DNA of 64,000 nt from Nitrospirota bacterium (GTDB taxonomy: Bacteria; Nitrospirota; Thermodesulfovibrionia; Thermodesulfovibrionales; UBA9159): contig CAVOUE010000003.1 in assembly GCA_963699545.1 (NCBI GenBank), forward strand, positions 64,001 through 128,000, read 5' to 3'. Made by a program: the position numbers and the translations under genes. Under the pieces are notes generated by a model that saw only the letters and a program-made list of their open reading frames with translations, was not told the DNA's origin and made no database searches. Each line of letters starts with the position of its first letter. Position 1 is the first letter of the stretch. Shown here one piece after another: positions 52,271 through 61,658 of this stretch.

Positions 52271-53614
52271 ATGAACAGAACATATGACATCGAAATACCA
52301 TACCTGTTGACAGGGCCCGCCCACGGCAGATTCATTGTTTTTGACCGGCGCCTTTATGGATCGGACGACCACTTTATCAGGCTCGATCTATACCCTTTAA
52401 TAGCCCCCAGCCACATGAGGAGACATTATGGCTGGTGGGACATTCCGCTGAAACATATAAAGCAGGAGAGCACCGCGTTTGTCTTTGATTTCAAGAAGCG
52501 GGTTCTCCACCTGGAGAATCAGAAAGTTCCGCTTGAGATAAGACACGGGTGGCGTGGCCCAGTTGAGGAAGACGGATACTGCATGCTGCATGTTTCTCTT
52601 TGGGACAAGTCTAAAGAGCCGCCGCATATGATGCAGATAAAGTCGCAACCCTTAGTAATCGCGGCAACGAGTCTGGACCTTCCGTTGAAGCAAATTTGCA
52701 TCCCGGTGACCGATCGCTGCAATCTCAAATGTACCATGTGCCCAAGGCAGGCTACAGACGAAATAGTTGATATGGATATATCCGACGAGGCGCTCGAGCC
52801 TTTATTGGACGCCGGTGCAAACTTTGTGTCGGCATTGCTCCAGGGCTTTGGGGAACCCTTGCTGTATCCTAAAATTTTCAACCTGATCCCCAGAGTCAAA
52901 GCCAGGATGGCCGACGGAGGCGAAGTAGGTTTCACCACGAATGCCACCTTGCTCGACGAGCCAACTGCGGTCCGACTGCTGGACACTGGAATCGATTTCC
53001 TCTATTTTTCGCTGGATGCGGCTTCCAAGGAGGTCTATGAAGTTATTCGGGTAGGAGCCCGGTTTGATAAGGTCACTGAGAATATTCGCCGTTGTACCGA
53101 GTTGCAGAAAGCTTCTGGCCAGAATAAATTGCGATTTATGCTGAATTTTGTCATTTTGGAGCAAAATCTCCATGAAATCCCAGCATTCGTGTCTTTGGCG
53201 GCACGACTGGGAGTGGAACACGTAACCTTTAGTTATTGCACGGATACCGACACCGGAGGGTTGAAGGCCTTTGGGACAGAGACGCTCCAGGACCTCTTTT
53301 GTAAAGCCCGGGAAGAAGGGAAGAGGTTACACATAAATATTGACACGCCCCCCCTCCACAAAAACCCTAGGGAAATCTGTTTTTTTATGGAACGGGTGGT
53401 GGCGTTGTTGCCAGGGGAAGCCTTCCCGTGTCATGCCATGGCGCCGGGTTATAGGACCCAAGCGAGAAACAGATCATTCGGGGACGTGCGTCGCATCCCT
53501 CTCCTGGAGATCTGGAAGAGTCCAGATTATCAGGAATTCCGACGCCGAATTCTGAGAGGAGATTTCCCGGCGGAATGCGCGGATTGCGAGTGCAAAGCCT
53601 ATCTCGTGCCATGA
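52271..53614 (+). CDS. Radical SAM/SPASM protein with unrecognised ~135-aa N-terminal domain (paralog A)
   Basis: CNLKCTMC, GFGEP, TTN, SLDA and C...PC...ECADC. Confidence 0.88.
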   Translation: MNRTYDIEIPYLLTGPAHGRFIVFDRRLYGSDDHFIRLDLYPLIAPSHMRRHYGWWDIPLKHIKQESTAFVFDFKKRVLHLENQKVPLEIRHGWRGPVEEDGYCMLHVSLWDKSKEPPHMMQIKSQPLVIAATSLDLPLKQICIPVTDRCNLKCTMCPRQATDEIVDMDISDEALEPLLDAGANFVSALLQGFGEPLLYPKIFNLIPRVKARMADGGEVGFTTNATLLDEPTAVRLLDTGIDFLYFSLDAASKEVYEVIRVGARFDKVTENIRRCTELQKASGQNKLRFMLNFVILEQNLHEIPAFVSLAARLGVEHVTFSYCTDTDTGGLKAFGTETLQDLFCKAREEGKRLHINIDTPPLHKNPREICFFMERVVALLPGEAFPCHAMAPGYRTQARNRSFGDVRRIPLLEIWKSPDYQEFRRRILRGDFPAECADCECKAYLVP

Positions 53615-54954
53615 GTGCTGAATTAAATAAGAGTTTCGATGTTCAAATCCCCTGGATAATAGAAGAGGAAACGGAGCTGACGATCGATGTTTACGACAAG
53701 CGGCTCTTGGGTTCCAAAAGGCATTTTATCCGCTTCGATTGGTATCCCCTCTACGCTCCTTCCCACATGCAGAGACATCATGGATTCTGGGATATTCCTC
53801 TAAAACATATAAAGCGCGAAAAGACCTCTCTGACCTTGAAACAGGGCGAACTGCGGATGAAAGACGGCTGGCGTACTGTATGTCTGAAGCCCGTATGGAA
53901 GGGAGACCTCGAATTTATCGGATACAGCATGCTCCACATTTCTCTGTGGGACTTTTCAAAAGATCCACCGGCACAGTTGACAGTGAAGTCATCCCAGCAT
54001 GTAATCAGGCCGGGGAAAGATGATCTTCCGCTTGAACAGGTATCCCTTCCCGTAACACAGCGCTGCAACCTCAGTTGTCACATGTGCATGAGACACAATC
54101 CTAAAGACTGGGATGCAGATGATGTGGCGCCCGATGTGCTGAATCCGGTCCTTGATGCGAGTCCTCTTGTTCATTCAGTCCTTGTTTTTGGAATCGGCGA
54201 ACCGCTTCTCTATGAAAATCTATACGGAGCAATCAAAGAGTTAAAAAGGAGGATGCCGGAAGACAGTCAGGTGGGATTTAATACCAACGGCACTTTGATG
54301 ACTAAAAATGCGGCCTCACATCTGATCGATATGGGGCTGAACTGGCTCACCTTCTCTGTTGATGGCGCCACTAAGCCCACGTGTGAGCGCATAAGGATAG
54401 GGGCGGATTTTGATAAGGTGATCGAGAACATCGCCCATACGGTTGAATACAGAAACGCTTCCGGGCATAAGAAGCTCTGGCTTCAGGCGAACTATGTAAT
54501 CCAGGACGAAAACGTCCATGAAATACCGGCCTTTGCAAGATTGGCCGGGTCATTGGGCCTTGATTCGGTTACGTTCAGCCATCTCAGAGACTCTAGGGGG
54601 GAGCTACGCATGTTCGGTGAAAATGTACTTGGTCCTCTGTTTGAGGAGGCCGCTGAAACGGGTAAGAGATACGGGATGAAGACAAATTTTCCGCGTCTGC
54701 GTCCGCTCGATGAGTCAAAATGCCTGTTCATGCAGTCGGCTTTCTTATGGCTCTCCGGCGAGGTTGTGCCATGTTGCCGGATGCTAAAGGGAGCTTATTC
54801 CGGAGCGATCAGAACATTTGGCAATGTGAAGAGAGAGTCGCTTTTAGATATCTGGAACAGCATAGAGTACAGGGAATTCAGACACAGGGTTCTGACCCGC
54901 GATTTTCCTGATGAGTGTAAGCGATGTAATTATGCGACCGGCTTGCTTGGCTGA
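53611..54954 (+). CDS. Radical SAM/SPASM protein with unrecognised N-terminal domain (paralog B)
   Basis: Start MSAELNK overlaps the upstream stop. CNLSCHMC, GIGEP, NTNG and PCC...ECKRC. Confidence 0.88.
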   Translation: MSAELNKSFDVQIPWIIEEETELTIDVYDKRLLGSKRHFIRFDWYPLYAPSHMQRHHGFWDIPLKHIKREKTSLTLKQGELRMKDGWRTVCLKPVWKGDLEFIGYSMLHISLWDFSKDPPAQLTVKSSQHVIRPGKDDLPLEQVSLPVTQRCNLSCHMCMRHNPKDWDADDVAPDVLNPVLDASPLVHSVLVFGIGEPLLYENLYGAIKELKRRMPEDSQVGFNTNGTLMTKNAASHLIDMGLNWLTFSVDGATKPTCERIRIGADFDKVIENIAHTVEYRNASGHKKLWLQANYVIQDENVHEIPAFARLAGSLGLDSVTFSHLRDSRGELRMFGENVLGPLFEEAAETGKRYGMKTNFPRLRPLDESKCLFMQSAFLWLSGEVVPCCRMLKGAYSGAIRTFGNVKRESLLDIWNSIEYREFRHRVLTRDFPDECKRCNYATGLLG

Positions 54955-55640
54955 AAACATTCCGTGAAGATACCGCGAAGATTGAATACTTCAACCAATA
55001 ATACTGTGAAGCGATATAAATATGTCATACCCGGATTATTTTTTTTATTGGTTGCTCTTTTGTTAATAACACTTTCTTCAGTTACTCCAATGATAGAATC
55101 AACACAGGAAGTACAATTAATTACTGATAAACCGGTTGGAAATATTGTCAGAGGATATGTTTACAAACAGGAAATGACATGGAGTTGAATTGTTCTTGGC
55201 GACCTGGATAAGAAACAATACGAATGATAATGAGGTAGTGCTTCTCAACAGTGACTATGAGTATCCTTTTCGTGGAAAAGGTATCTTCGAAAGAAATAAG
55301 AGATAATCAATTTTATTCTATTAATTTCAAAAGAAATATCTATGTCGGCAGAGGTCAAAAGATCTATGTATGCATTTATTCAGATAACGGAGACCAAAAC
55401 AACAACATCACTGTCTGGGTAAATTCAAGAAGTCAGCTCGGCAAATTATACAAGGTCGATATCGTTAATAATGATATCGTTGATTCTATGAAACATGGGG
55501 GCGTTCTCATTGACGGCAGTATGATTTTAAGAACACATGAGTCAAATTCCGATAGCTTTATCTTATTCAGAAGTTTTGTAGTAAATCCGGGGTGGAATGT
55601 TGGAGTTCCCCCGGTTTGATAGACACATTTAAAGGTACAA

Positions 55641-55949
55641 TTGGAAGCAACTGAGGAGGTGTCCATGTCGAACCGGAAATACACAGAGGAGTTCAAGTCT
55701 GAGGCAATCAAGCAGGTGACAGAGCGGGGCTACAAGGTCCAGGAAGTATGTGAAAGGTTAGGGATATCGGACAAGAGCCTGTACCTGTGGCTGCGATTAG
55801 CACGAAAAAGCAACGGGAAGCACGGACAGGGCAACGACAATGAGCTGAAACAGGAGATCGTTCGTCTGAAGTCGGAACTGAAGCGGGTCGAAGAGGAGCG
55901 TGACATACTAAAAAAGGCCGCCGCGTACTTTGCCAAGGCATCCCAGTAA
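55641..55949 (+). CDS. IS3 transposase OrfA (likely start at the MSNRKY Met)
   Basis: RKYTEEFK.EA, HTH, and EERDILKKAAAYFAK. Confidence 0.92.
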   Translation: MEATEEVSMSNRKYTEEFKSEAIKQVTERGYKVQEVCERLGISDKSLYLWLRLARKSNGKHGQGNDNELKQEIVRLKSELKRVEEERDILKKAAAYFAKASQ

Positions 55950-55987
55950 GGTACGCTTTTATCAGAGGGCACCGGCAGGAGTTTCGA

Positions 55988-56812
55988 GTGGTGTCAATGT
56001 GTCGGGTGTTGCGGGTGCACAGAAGCGGCTATTACGCCTGGATGAAAGAACCAGAGTCTGCCCGGCAGAAAGAAAATCAGCGATTGGTCGGTTTGATCCG
56101 GGGATTTCATGAGGCAAGCGATCGGTCTTATGGCAGCCCACGGATAACAAGGGATCTGCGGGAGACCGGGGAGCAGTGCAACGAAAAACGGGTAGCCAGA
56201 CTGATGAAGCAGGAAGGCTTAAGGGCAAAGGTTGGCTATAAGCGACCACGGTATAAGGCCGGGAGACCTGCCTTGGTGGTTATGAATCGGCTTGAACAGA
56301 ACTTCGATGTGCCGAGACCTGATTACGCATGGGTGACGGACATTACCTATATCCGCACCTGGGAGGGATGGTTGTATCTGGCAGTTGTACTTGATCTGTT
56401 CTCACGAATTGTGGTGGGTTGGTCGATGAAGCCCACATTGGAGAGAGAACTCGTTCTTGATGCCTTGCTCATGGCTGTATGGAGAAGAAAGCCGAAAGGC
56501 AAAGTTATTGTTCATTCTGATCAGGGCTCGCAGTATGGCAGTGATGACTGGATGAGGTTTTGCAAGGATCATAATCTTGAACCCAGCATGAGCCGGCGCG
56601 GCAACTGCTTTGACAATGCTGTTGCAGAATCCTTTTTCAGTAGTCTCAAGAAGGAAAGAATCGGCAGACGGATTTATCGGAGCAGGGAAGAAGGACGATC
56701 AGATATATTTGATTACATCGAGGTGTTTTACAACAGGACAAGGCGTCATAGCTACCTCGGACAGGTAAGCCCTTATGAGTTTGAAAAGGCGGCTGCCTGT
56801 GGTAGTCTATGA
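55988..56812 (+). CDS. IS3 transposase OrfB (DDE), expressed via -1 frameshift
   Basis: WVTDITYI, HSDQGSQY and DNAVAESFF..LKKE. Confidence 0.95.
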   Translation: MVSMCRVLRVHRSGYYAWMKEPESARQKENQRLVGLIRGFHEASDRSYGSPRITRDLRETGEQCNEKRVARLMKQEGLRAKVGYKRPRYKAGRPALVVMNRLEQNFDVPRPDYAWVTDITYIRTWEGWLYLAVVLDLFSRIVVGWSMKPTLERELVLDALLMAVWRRKPKGKVIVHSDQGSQYGSDDWMRFCKDHNLEPSMSRRGNCFDNAVAESFFSSLKKERIGRRIYRSREEGRSDIFDYIEVFYNRTRRHSYLGQVSPYEFEKAAACGSL

Positions 56813-58211
56813 GTGTCTACTGAACCGGGGGAACTCCATGTGCACGCTACACTGTTCAGGATATTGCCTCATTATCTTCTCATATCACTATTCCTTTTTC
56901 TGTCCTGCTTTTATCTGTATAAATCAGTTGGCCCTAAATCTATCTATTTAATAGTCCTTATGGTAGGCATTTTCAGCGCCTTCAATATCCCGGCATATTC
57001 CAGAATTGATGAGGGGGCCCATTTTGATTATATCAACAGCATAGCCGACAATCACAGGTTGCCTACTATTTTTGATAGAATCGATACTGCGAAATTGTTC
57101 GGATTAAGAAATTATGTGAGAACCGATCTTATTCCTCGGGAGATACATCAATACGAAGCCTTTCAACCTCCCCTGTATTATTCTTTATGTGCTTCAGTGT
57201 CTTGGTTGATCTCTGTATTTACAGAATCCCTACTTGTAAGACTTTTTTCATTGAGGATCCTCGCGGTCCTGCTTTTATTGGTTTCAATATATTTTTTAAA
57301 CAAAACCTATCTGGTTCTGGTCAACAAGAATGTGTTCAAAAGAAATGATTTCTTATTTTTTTACGTTTCTTTGTTGTTCATTTTTTCACCGGGCTTCATT
57401 AAAGTGATGATACCCCTTAACAACGACCATTTATTAGTGCCCTTATTTACTGCTCTTATTTATCTGATCGTCAAGCATTATTTTTCAGCAGATTTGAATA
57501 CCGGAAGTATTCTCGTTATGTCCATTATCTCCGGCGCCATCATCCTAACGAAGCTTACTGCTCTCTTTGTTATCATAATTCCAATAATCCTTTTGCTCTA
57601 CAAAAAAGAATATAGATATATATTTCTCTTGATTCTCACAATCATATTAATGCTCTCTCCCTGGCTTGTCTTTAATCTTCTCAACTACGGGGCCCTTACT
57701 GGAGCCTCAGAGCATATAAGAATTGTTAAGCCCATTCTTGATCCTGATAATGTTAAGTGGACTCCATTGTACATAGCAAGGCATTTCCCGGAGTTTATCA
57801 GGTCCACATGGTTTTCTAACTATTTCTCCAGTAGCATCCTTGATGACGCGATTAATTCCCTTTTGACGGCACTTTTGGTTTTGTCGACTATGTTTCCGAT
57901 CTACTCAGTCTTATCGTCGAAGAAAGATGATCTTCAAGTATCGTTAACCGACAGAAAAAGAATTTCGTTTCTATTTCTTATTTCTATCCTATTAAATACT
58001 GTCTTGCTTGTCTTTCTCACTTTGAGAAATCAGCATTATAGTTTATACGGAAGATACATGTTCATGAACCTTTCATGCTTTGTTTTCTTGTTGTATACAT
58101 TTCTTCAAGACTTTTATAATGAAAAATACCGGAAGCTTGCCATTGCTTTTTCCCTCCCTGTCTTATTTCTTTTCTTGTTTGAAATTGTTCGATTAGTCTA
58201 AAATTCATCTT

Positions 58212-59516
58212 ATGGACATCTCCGATAGAACAGGGCGCAGATCGCGCGAGCGTTTGAGAGGAGAAGGTTTGAGGCTGAATCCTGACCGGCTCTTCTCCAT
58301 CCTTGTGTTCGCTGCTGCCTTTGCAATCATTATACTCAGACGGCCGGACGCAGTCTTAAATCCACAGTTTTGGGCCGAAGACGGAACACTCCTTTATGCA
58401 GATGCATATAATAAGGGGGTAATAACGCCTCTTCTTTCACCGGTTGGAGCCGGATATTTGTTAACTTTTCCGCGACTGATTGCTGCTTTCTCTCAGTTCT
58501 TTCCTCTTTCATGGGCACCCTTAATATTCAACCTCTCCGCAATTATCATTGAAGCAATACCAGCGGCTTTGATTGTATCATCACGTTTTTCAGTGTCGAT
58601 ACCTGATCTGCGGATAAGGATGTTCCTGTCATTTCTCTATCTAAACCTTCCGAATTCATGGGAGATTCATGCCAACTTGATAAATACACCAACTCATCTT
58701 GCTCTCTTATCTTTCATGGTTCTGTCGGCCGGACCGAGCAGTCAGTTTTTTTGGCGCATTCTTGATGCAGTGGTTGTCCTGTTATCAGGGCTCACCGGCC
58801 CTTTTTGTATACTATTAACTCCAATTGCAGCGCTATTCTGGCTTAAGCGCCGCGAGAAAGAATCTTTCACACTTCTTATGCTGATATATGCATGCACAGC
58901 CATACAAGGCACAATTCTTATCATGGGTAATCCGCGTCCACAACTACCTCTGGGGGCTACTCCAAAACTATTTGTTGAAATACTCGCAAGCCAGGTCTTC
59001 TTAGGCGCTTTGATCGGTCAAAGAGGTCCTCAGTTTATATCATATTTTTCGACATTGCACAACGTAATTCTCATACTATTTGGCATGTTAGGGCTTGCAG
59101 CACTTATCAACGCTCTATCAAAAGCTTCCCTGGAATTGCGGCTTTTTGTCCTCTATGCCTTACTTCTCTTCTGCGCTGCCCTGTCCTCGCCATTAGTAAA
59201 TACAACTACTTCTCAATGGCCGCTGTTGTTACTGCCCGGGGTCGGTGGACGATATTGGTTTATCCCGATGCTCGCCTTTATAAGCGTCTTGGTTTGGACG
59301 TTGCGCGGATCAAGTTCGCCTATATCAAGAACGCTCGCCGCGTTGGCATTTGCGATCATGATACTGGGTATAATTCTGGATTGGCGGTATCCCTCCTTCA
59401 AAGATTTCAATTTCAAGGAGAATGCCTATCAATTTGAATCAGCACCCGCTGGTACCCGAGCCACAATTCCCATTAACCCGCCGGGGTGGACGATGACCCT
59501 TATCAAGCACCAGTGA
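58212..59516 (+). CDS. Multi-pass membrane protein, probable GT-C glycosyltransferase
   Basis: PQFWAEDG, AGYL..PR, about 11 TMs, GGRY and C-terminal IPINPPGW. Confidence 0.65.
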   Translation: MDISDRTGRRSRERLRGEGLRLNPDRLFSILVFAAAFAIIILRRPDAVLNPQFWAEDGTLLYADAYNKGVITPLLSPVGAGYLLTFPRLIAAFSQFFPLSWAPLIFNLSAIIIEAIPAALIVSSRFSVSIPDLRIRMFLSFLYLNLPNSWEIHANLINTPTHLALLSFMVLSAGPSSQFFWRILDAVVVLLSGLTGPFCILLTPIAALFWLKRREKESFTLLMLIYACTAIQGTILIMGNPRPQLPLGATPKLFVEILASQVFLGALIGQRGPQFISYFSTLHNVILILFGMLGLAALINALSKASLELRLFVLYALLLFCAALSSPLVNTTTSQWPLLLLPGVGGRYWFIPMLAFISVLVWTLRGSSSPISRTLAALAFAIMILGIILDWRYPSFKDFNFKENAYQFESAPAGTRATIPINPPGWTMTLIKHQ

Positions 59517-59593
59517 CGCTCAGCAGAATCTATAAATTCATTATGCCGTCGAAGATTACTTGAAATGTCAGTAAAATTGGAAATGCAAAAGAA

Positions 59594-59639
59594 TGGTGGC
59601 GATGCTGGGATTGAACCAGCGACCTCTCCCGTGTGAAGG
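59594..59639 (-). repeat. tRNA-Val(CAC) 3'-half fragment, probable att site of an integrated element
   Basis: Minus strand CCTTCACACGGGAGAGGTCGCTGGTTCAATCCCAGCATCGCCACCA has the anticodon loop, T-arm and CCA, but no D-arm or 5' acceptor strand. Confidence 0.85.
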
Positions 59640-59776
59640 TGAATCAAAAGAGAGGTTGCCTTTTATGTATCTTTATAAACCCTTATGAATCTATAGAAAC
59701 AGGGGAAGAAAGGGAAAGGGGCTTTTAGGTCCTTTCCCTATTTTTTTGCCTGTCTACTATACAAAAACTATACAGT

Positions 59777-59803
59777 GGGGCTTGGTTATCCAGGCCCCTT
59801 TTT
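59777..59803 (+). terminator. Probable Rho-independent terminator
   Basis: GGGGCTTGG-TTAT-CCAGGCCCC followed by TTTTT. Confidence 0.6.
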
Positions 59804-59877
59804 GTTTGTTACACCCATTACAGATCATGTGTGGGGTATTGAAGAGATTCTTTCATTAATGATATGAAATGAGCAGG

Positions 59878-60135
59878 CTATTTAACTAACTTTAATTGGC
59901 GAAGCTCTGTTGTCGACCAGCCGATGTCTGCAAGTAATCCTTTTAATAAGTGGGCACCATAAGTCTTCTTAGGGTGATAATGAATGGTTACACGTTTTCG
60001 TGTGACGGGATGCAGATAAACATATATATTACCGGCCCCTTCATCTCTTATCCACCCACTTTTTTCTAAGGCTTTAACTATTTCGTCTACTGTAACATTC
60101 TTGAGTTGATTCCAGATATTAGGCGGATAATTCAT
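59878..60135 (-). CDS. hicA: HicA-family mRNA interferase toxin
   Basis: EIVKALEKSGW...GN.YVY.HP...VTIHYHP...LL..LL..IG; 85 aa. Confidence 0.75.
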   Translation of the reverse strand: MNYPPNIWNQLKNVTVDEIVKALEKSGWIRDEGAGNIYVYLHPVTRKRVTIHYHPKKTYGAHLLKGLLADIGWSTTELRQLKLVK

Positions 60136-60144
60136 TCATAAGAC

Positions 60145-60450
60145 TCAGACTGTTACAAGAACATTCTGAGTCTGTCTGGGGGGGCATGACAACTTCATCG
60201 TTCTACTTGATGTTGAACAAACTTCCTGAGTTGCTTCTATTTTCATTTGGAGTGGAATTGGCTCATGATGCTTGATAAGGGATTTTATATATAAGACTAT
60301 AGCGACCTTAATGTTTTCTACAGCCTTTTCTTCGGTTTCACCGTCCATGTGTACGCCTTTTAATGCAGGGCAAAAAGCATGATAGCCGTGACTATCCTTC
60401 CCCACGCAAATATCCACCTGAAATGTTATCTTGTGCTTCTTGCTCTCCAT
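60145..60450 (-). CDS. hicB: HicB-family antitoxin (short form)
   Basis: GYHAFCPALKG.HMDGET.E.A.ENIK.AI..Y......EPIP; RBS before MESKK. Confidence 0.85.
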   Translation of the reverse strand: MESKKHKITFQVDICVGKDSHGYHAFCPALKGVHMDGETEEKAVENIKVAIVLYIKSLIKHHEPIPLQMKIEATQEVCSTSSRTMKLSCPPRQTQNVLVTV

Positions 60451-60668
60451 CTCCCCTTGCCTTCCCTCAGCACCTAACAAGCAATTGCCGGTGCTTTACT
60501 CTTAAATCATTATGAACACACTAAAAAGCATTTGTCAAGTGTTTTTTGGGTAGTATTCTAATTTGGTTACTAAGTAATTGTATGCAGCAAATAATTACTA
60601 CCGAGAGTCCGAAATCTGGGTTTTTCTCTTCAACTTTTCGCTTGTGCCTGCTATACTGCTTTTGGGGG

Positions 60669-60968
60669 ATGAATTCGGTGAAGGATTTGAAAGACATCCT
60701 TGGAAGCATATCGACTACGTTTGAAAACATGTCATTTACGCTTCTGCTTGGTCTCTCTCTTTTTCTGGTTTATCTTATCCTCTTAGTGGCTATTGGACAA
60801 CTTCCCGAAGAGTGGAGCGTTGTCTTTGTCGTTGGCATCCCATTGGCCCTTGCGTATGTTATTTGGAGAAGGATCAGAACGAATCGAGAGGCTATGCACG
60901 TTATTGTGTATGGGGCTATATTCTTCATTCTTATAAAAGTCCTATCTCTGTTGTACAAAATGCTTTAA
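60669..60968 (+). CDS. Small 3-TM hypothetical membrane protein
   Basis: Three hydrophobic stretches; GGGGG before the ATG. Confidence 0.5.
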   Translation: MNSVKDLKDILGSISTTFENMSFTLLLGLSLFLVYLILLVAIGQLPEEWSVVFVVGIPLALAYVIWRRIRTNREAMHVIVYGAIFFILIKVLSLLYKML

Positions 60969-61042
60969 TCCCTGGGGCAACCGGGGCCTTTTTCTTCCCA
61001 GTCGAGCTTTGATATACTGTGGCTGAAAGGTGAGGGGGAACC

Positions 61043-61564
61043 GTGAGAAAGATGGCTTTGCTTTTCGTCTTCCTATTTATCCTATGGGGCACGTCCTATG
61101 CTGAACCAAGAGTATTTACAAATGACGACTTAGAGAAATACGACTCTGCTCCTATGTTTCACAGCGAAGAACAGGCAAGCCCCAAGGAAAGCACAACAGA
61201 CAACGATGATAAGAATCGTGAAATAAAGAGACTGAAGGAGAGGCTTGATCAAGTCGTACGAAGAGAGGTCGAATCAAAACAACAGAAGAGTGAACCTGTT
61301 TTACCAGGGTTATTGCGGCAAAATAATTGTAAGGTGGAATCGTTTTCGGCGTATGATTGCAGTTACGGTTATCTCGGCGAGGAAAGAATTATATCGTTAA
61401 ACATACAACAATGTGTATTTGTAACTATAACAAATCTCTGGGGAGTAAGCAGATTTGTCAGTGACGCTAAGATATATGCACTGTTTGGCGATAATACCTT
61501 ACAAGTTCGGACTTTGATGAGTATTGATAGTAAACAAATGTTGTTCGCTGGAGAACACTTATAA
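61043..61564 (+). CDS. Exported hypothetical protein
   Basis: Signal peptide ending SYA, then 'EPRVFTNDDLEKY' and a short coiled coil. Confidence 0.6.
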   Translation: MRKMALLFVFLFILWGTSYAEPRVFTNDDLEKYDSAPMFHSEEQASPKESTTDNDDKNREIKRLKERLDQVVRREVESKQQKSEPVLPGLLRQNNCKVESFSAYDCSYGYLGEERIISLNIQQCVFVTITNLWGVSRFVSDAKIYALFGDNTLQVRTLMSIDSKQMLFAGEHL

Positions 61565-61658
61565 GGGAAGGGTAGTTTTTCCTGGGAGTGGATCTATTGT
61601 CGAAATCGCATGCGAAATTGTGAATTAAATGCTTTTCCGTAGCTTATGGGGGTAAGTT

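Larger units (their letters stand above)
55601..56838 (+). mobile_element. IS3-family insertion sequence (1238 bp)
   Basis: 26-bp terminal IRs TGGAGTTCCCCCGGTT(TGA/CAG)TAGACAC with TG...CA ends; 3-bp target duplication TGT; A6G slippery site at 55910-55916. Confidence 0.96.
54964..58201 (+). pseudogene. GT-C-like membrane glycosyltransferase with N-terminal beta-sandwich, interrupted by IS3
   Basis: Removing the IS and one TGT copy gives in-frame ...PGWNVHATLFR.... Downstream 'IDEGAHFDY...YEAFQPPLYY...NND...GRY'. Extra frame breaks at ~55180 and ~55262. Confidence 0.82.

Noticed and set aside
49647-54954. RiPP (ranthipeptide/sactipeptide) cluster
   Set aside because: No adjacent precursor peptide, RRE domain or peptidase-containing transporter; the context is glycan biosynthesis.
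59594-59660. Complete tRNA gene
   Set aside because: The 5' anticodon stem, D-arm and acceptor 5' strand are missing; treated as an att fragment.
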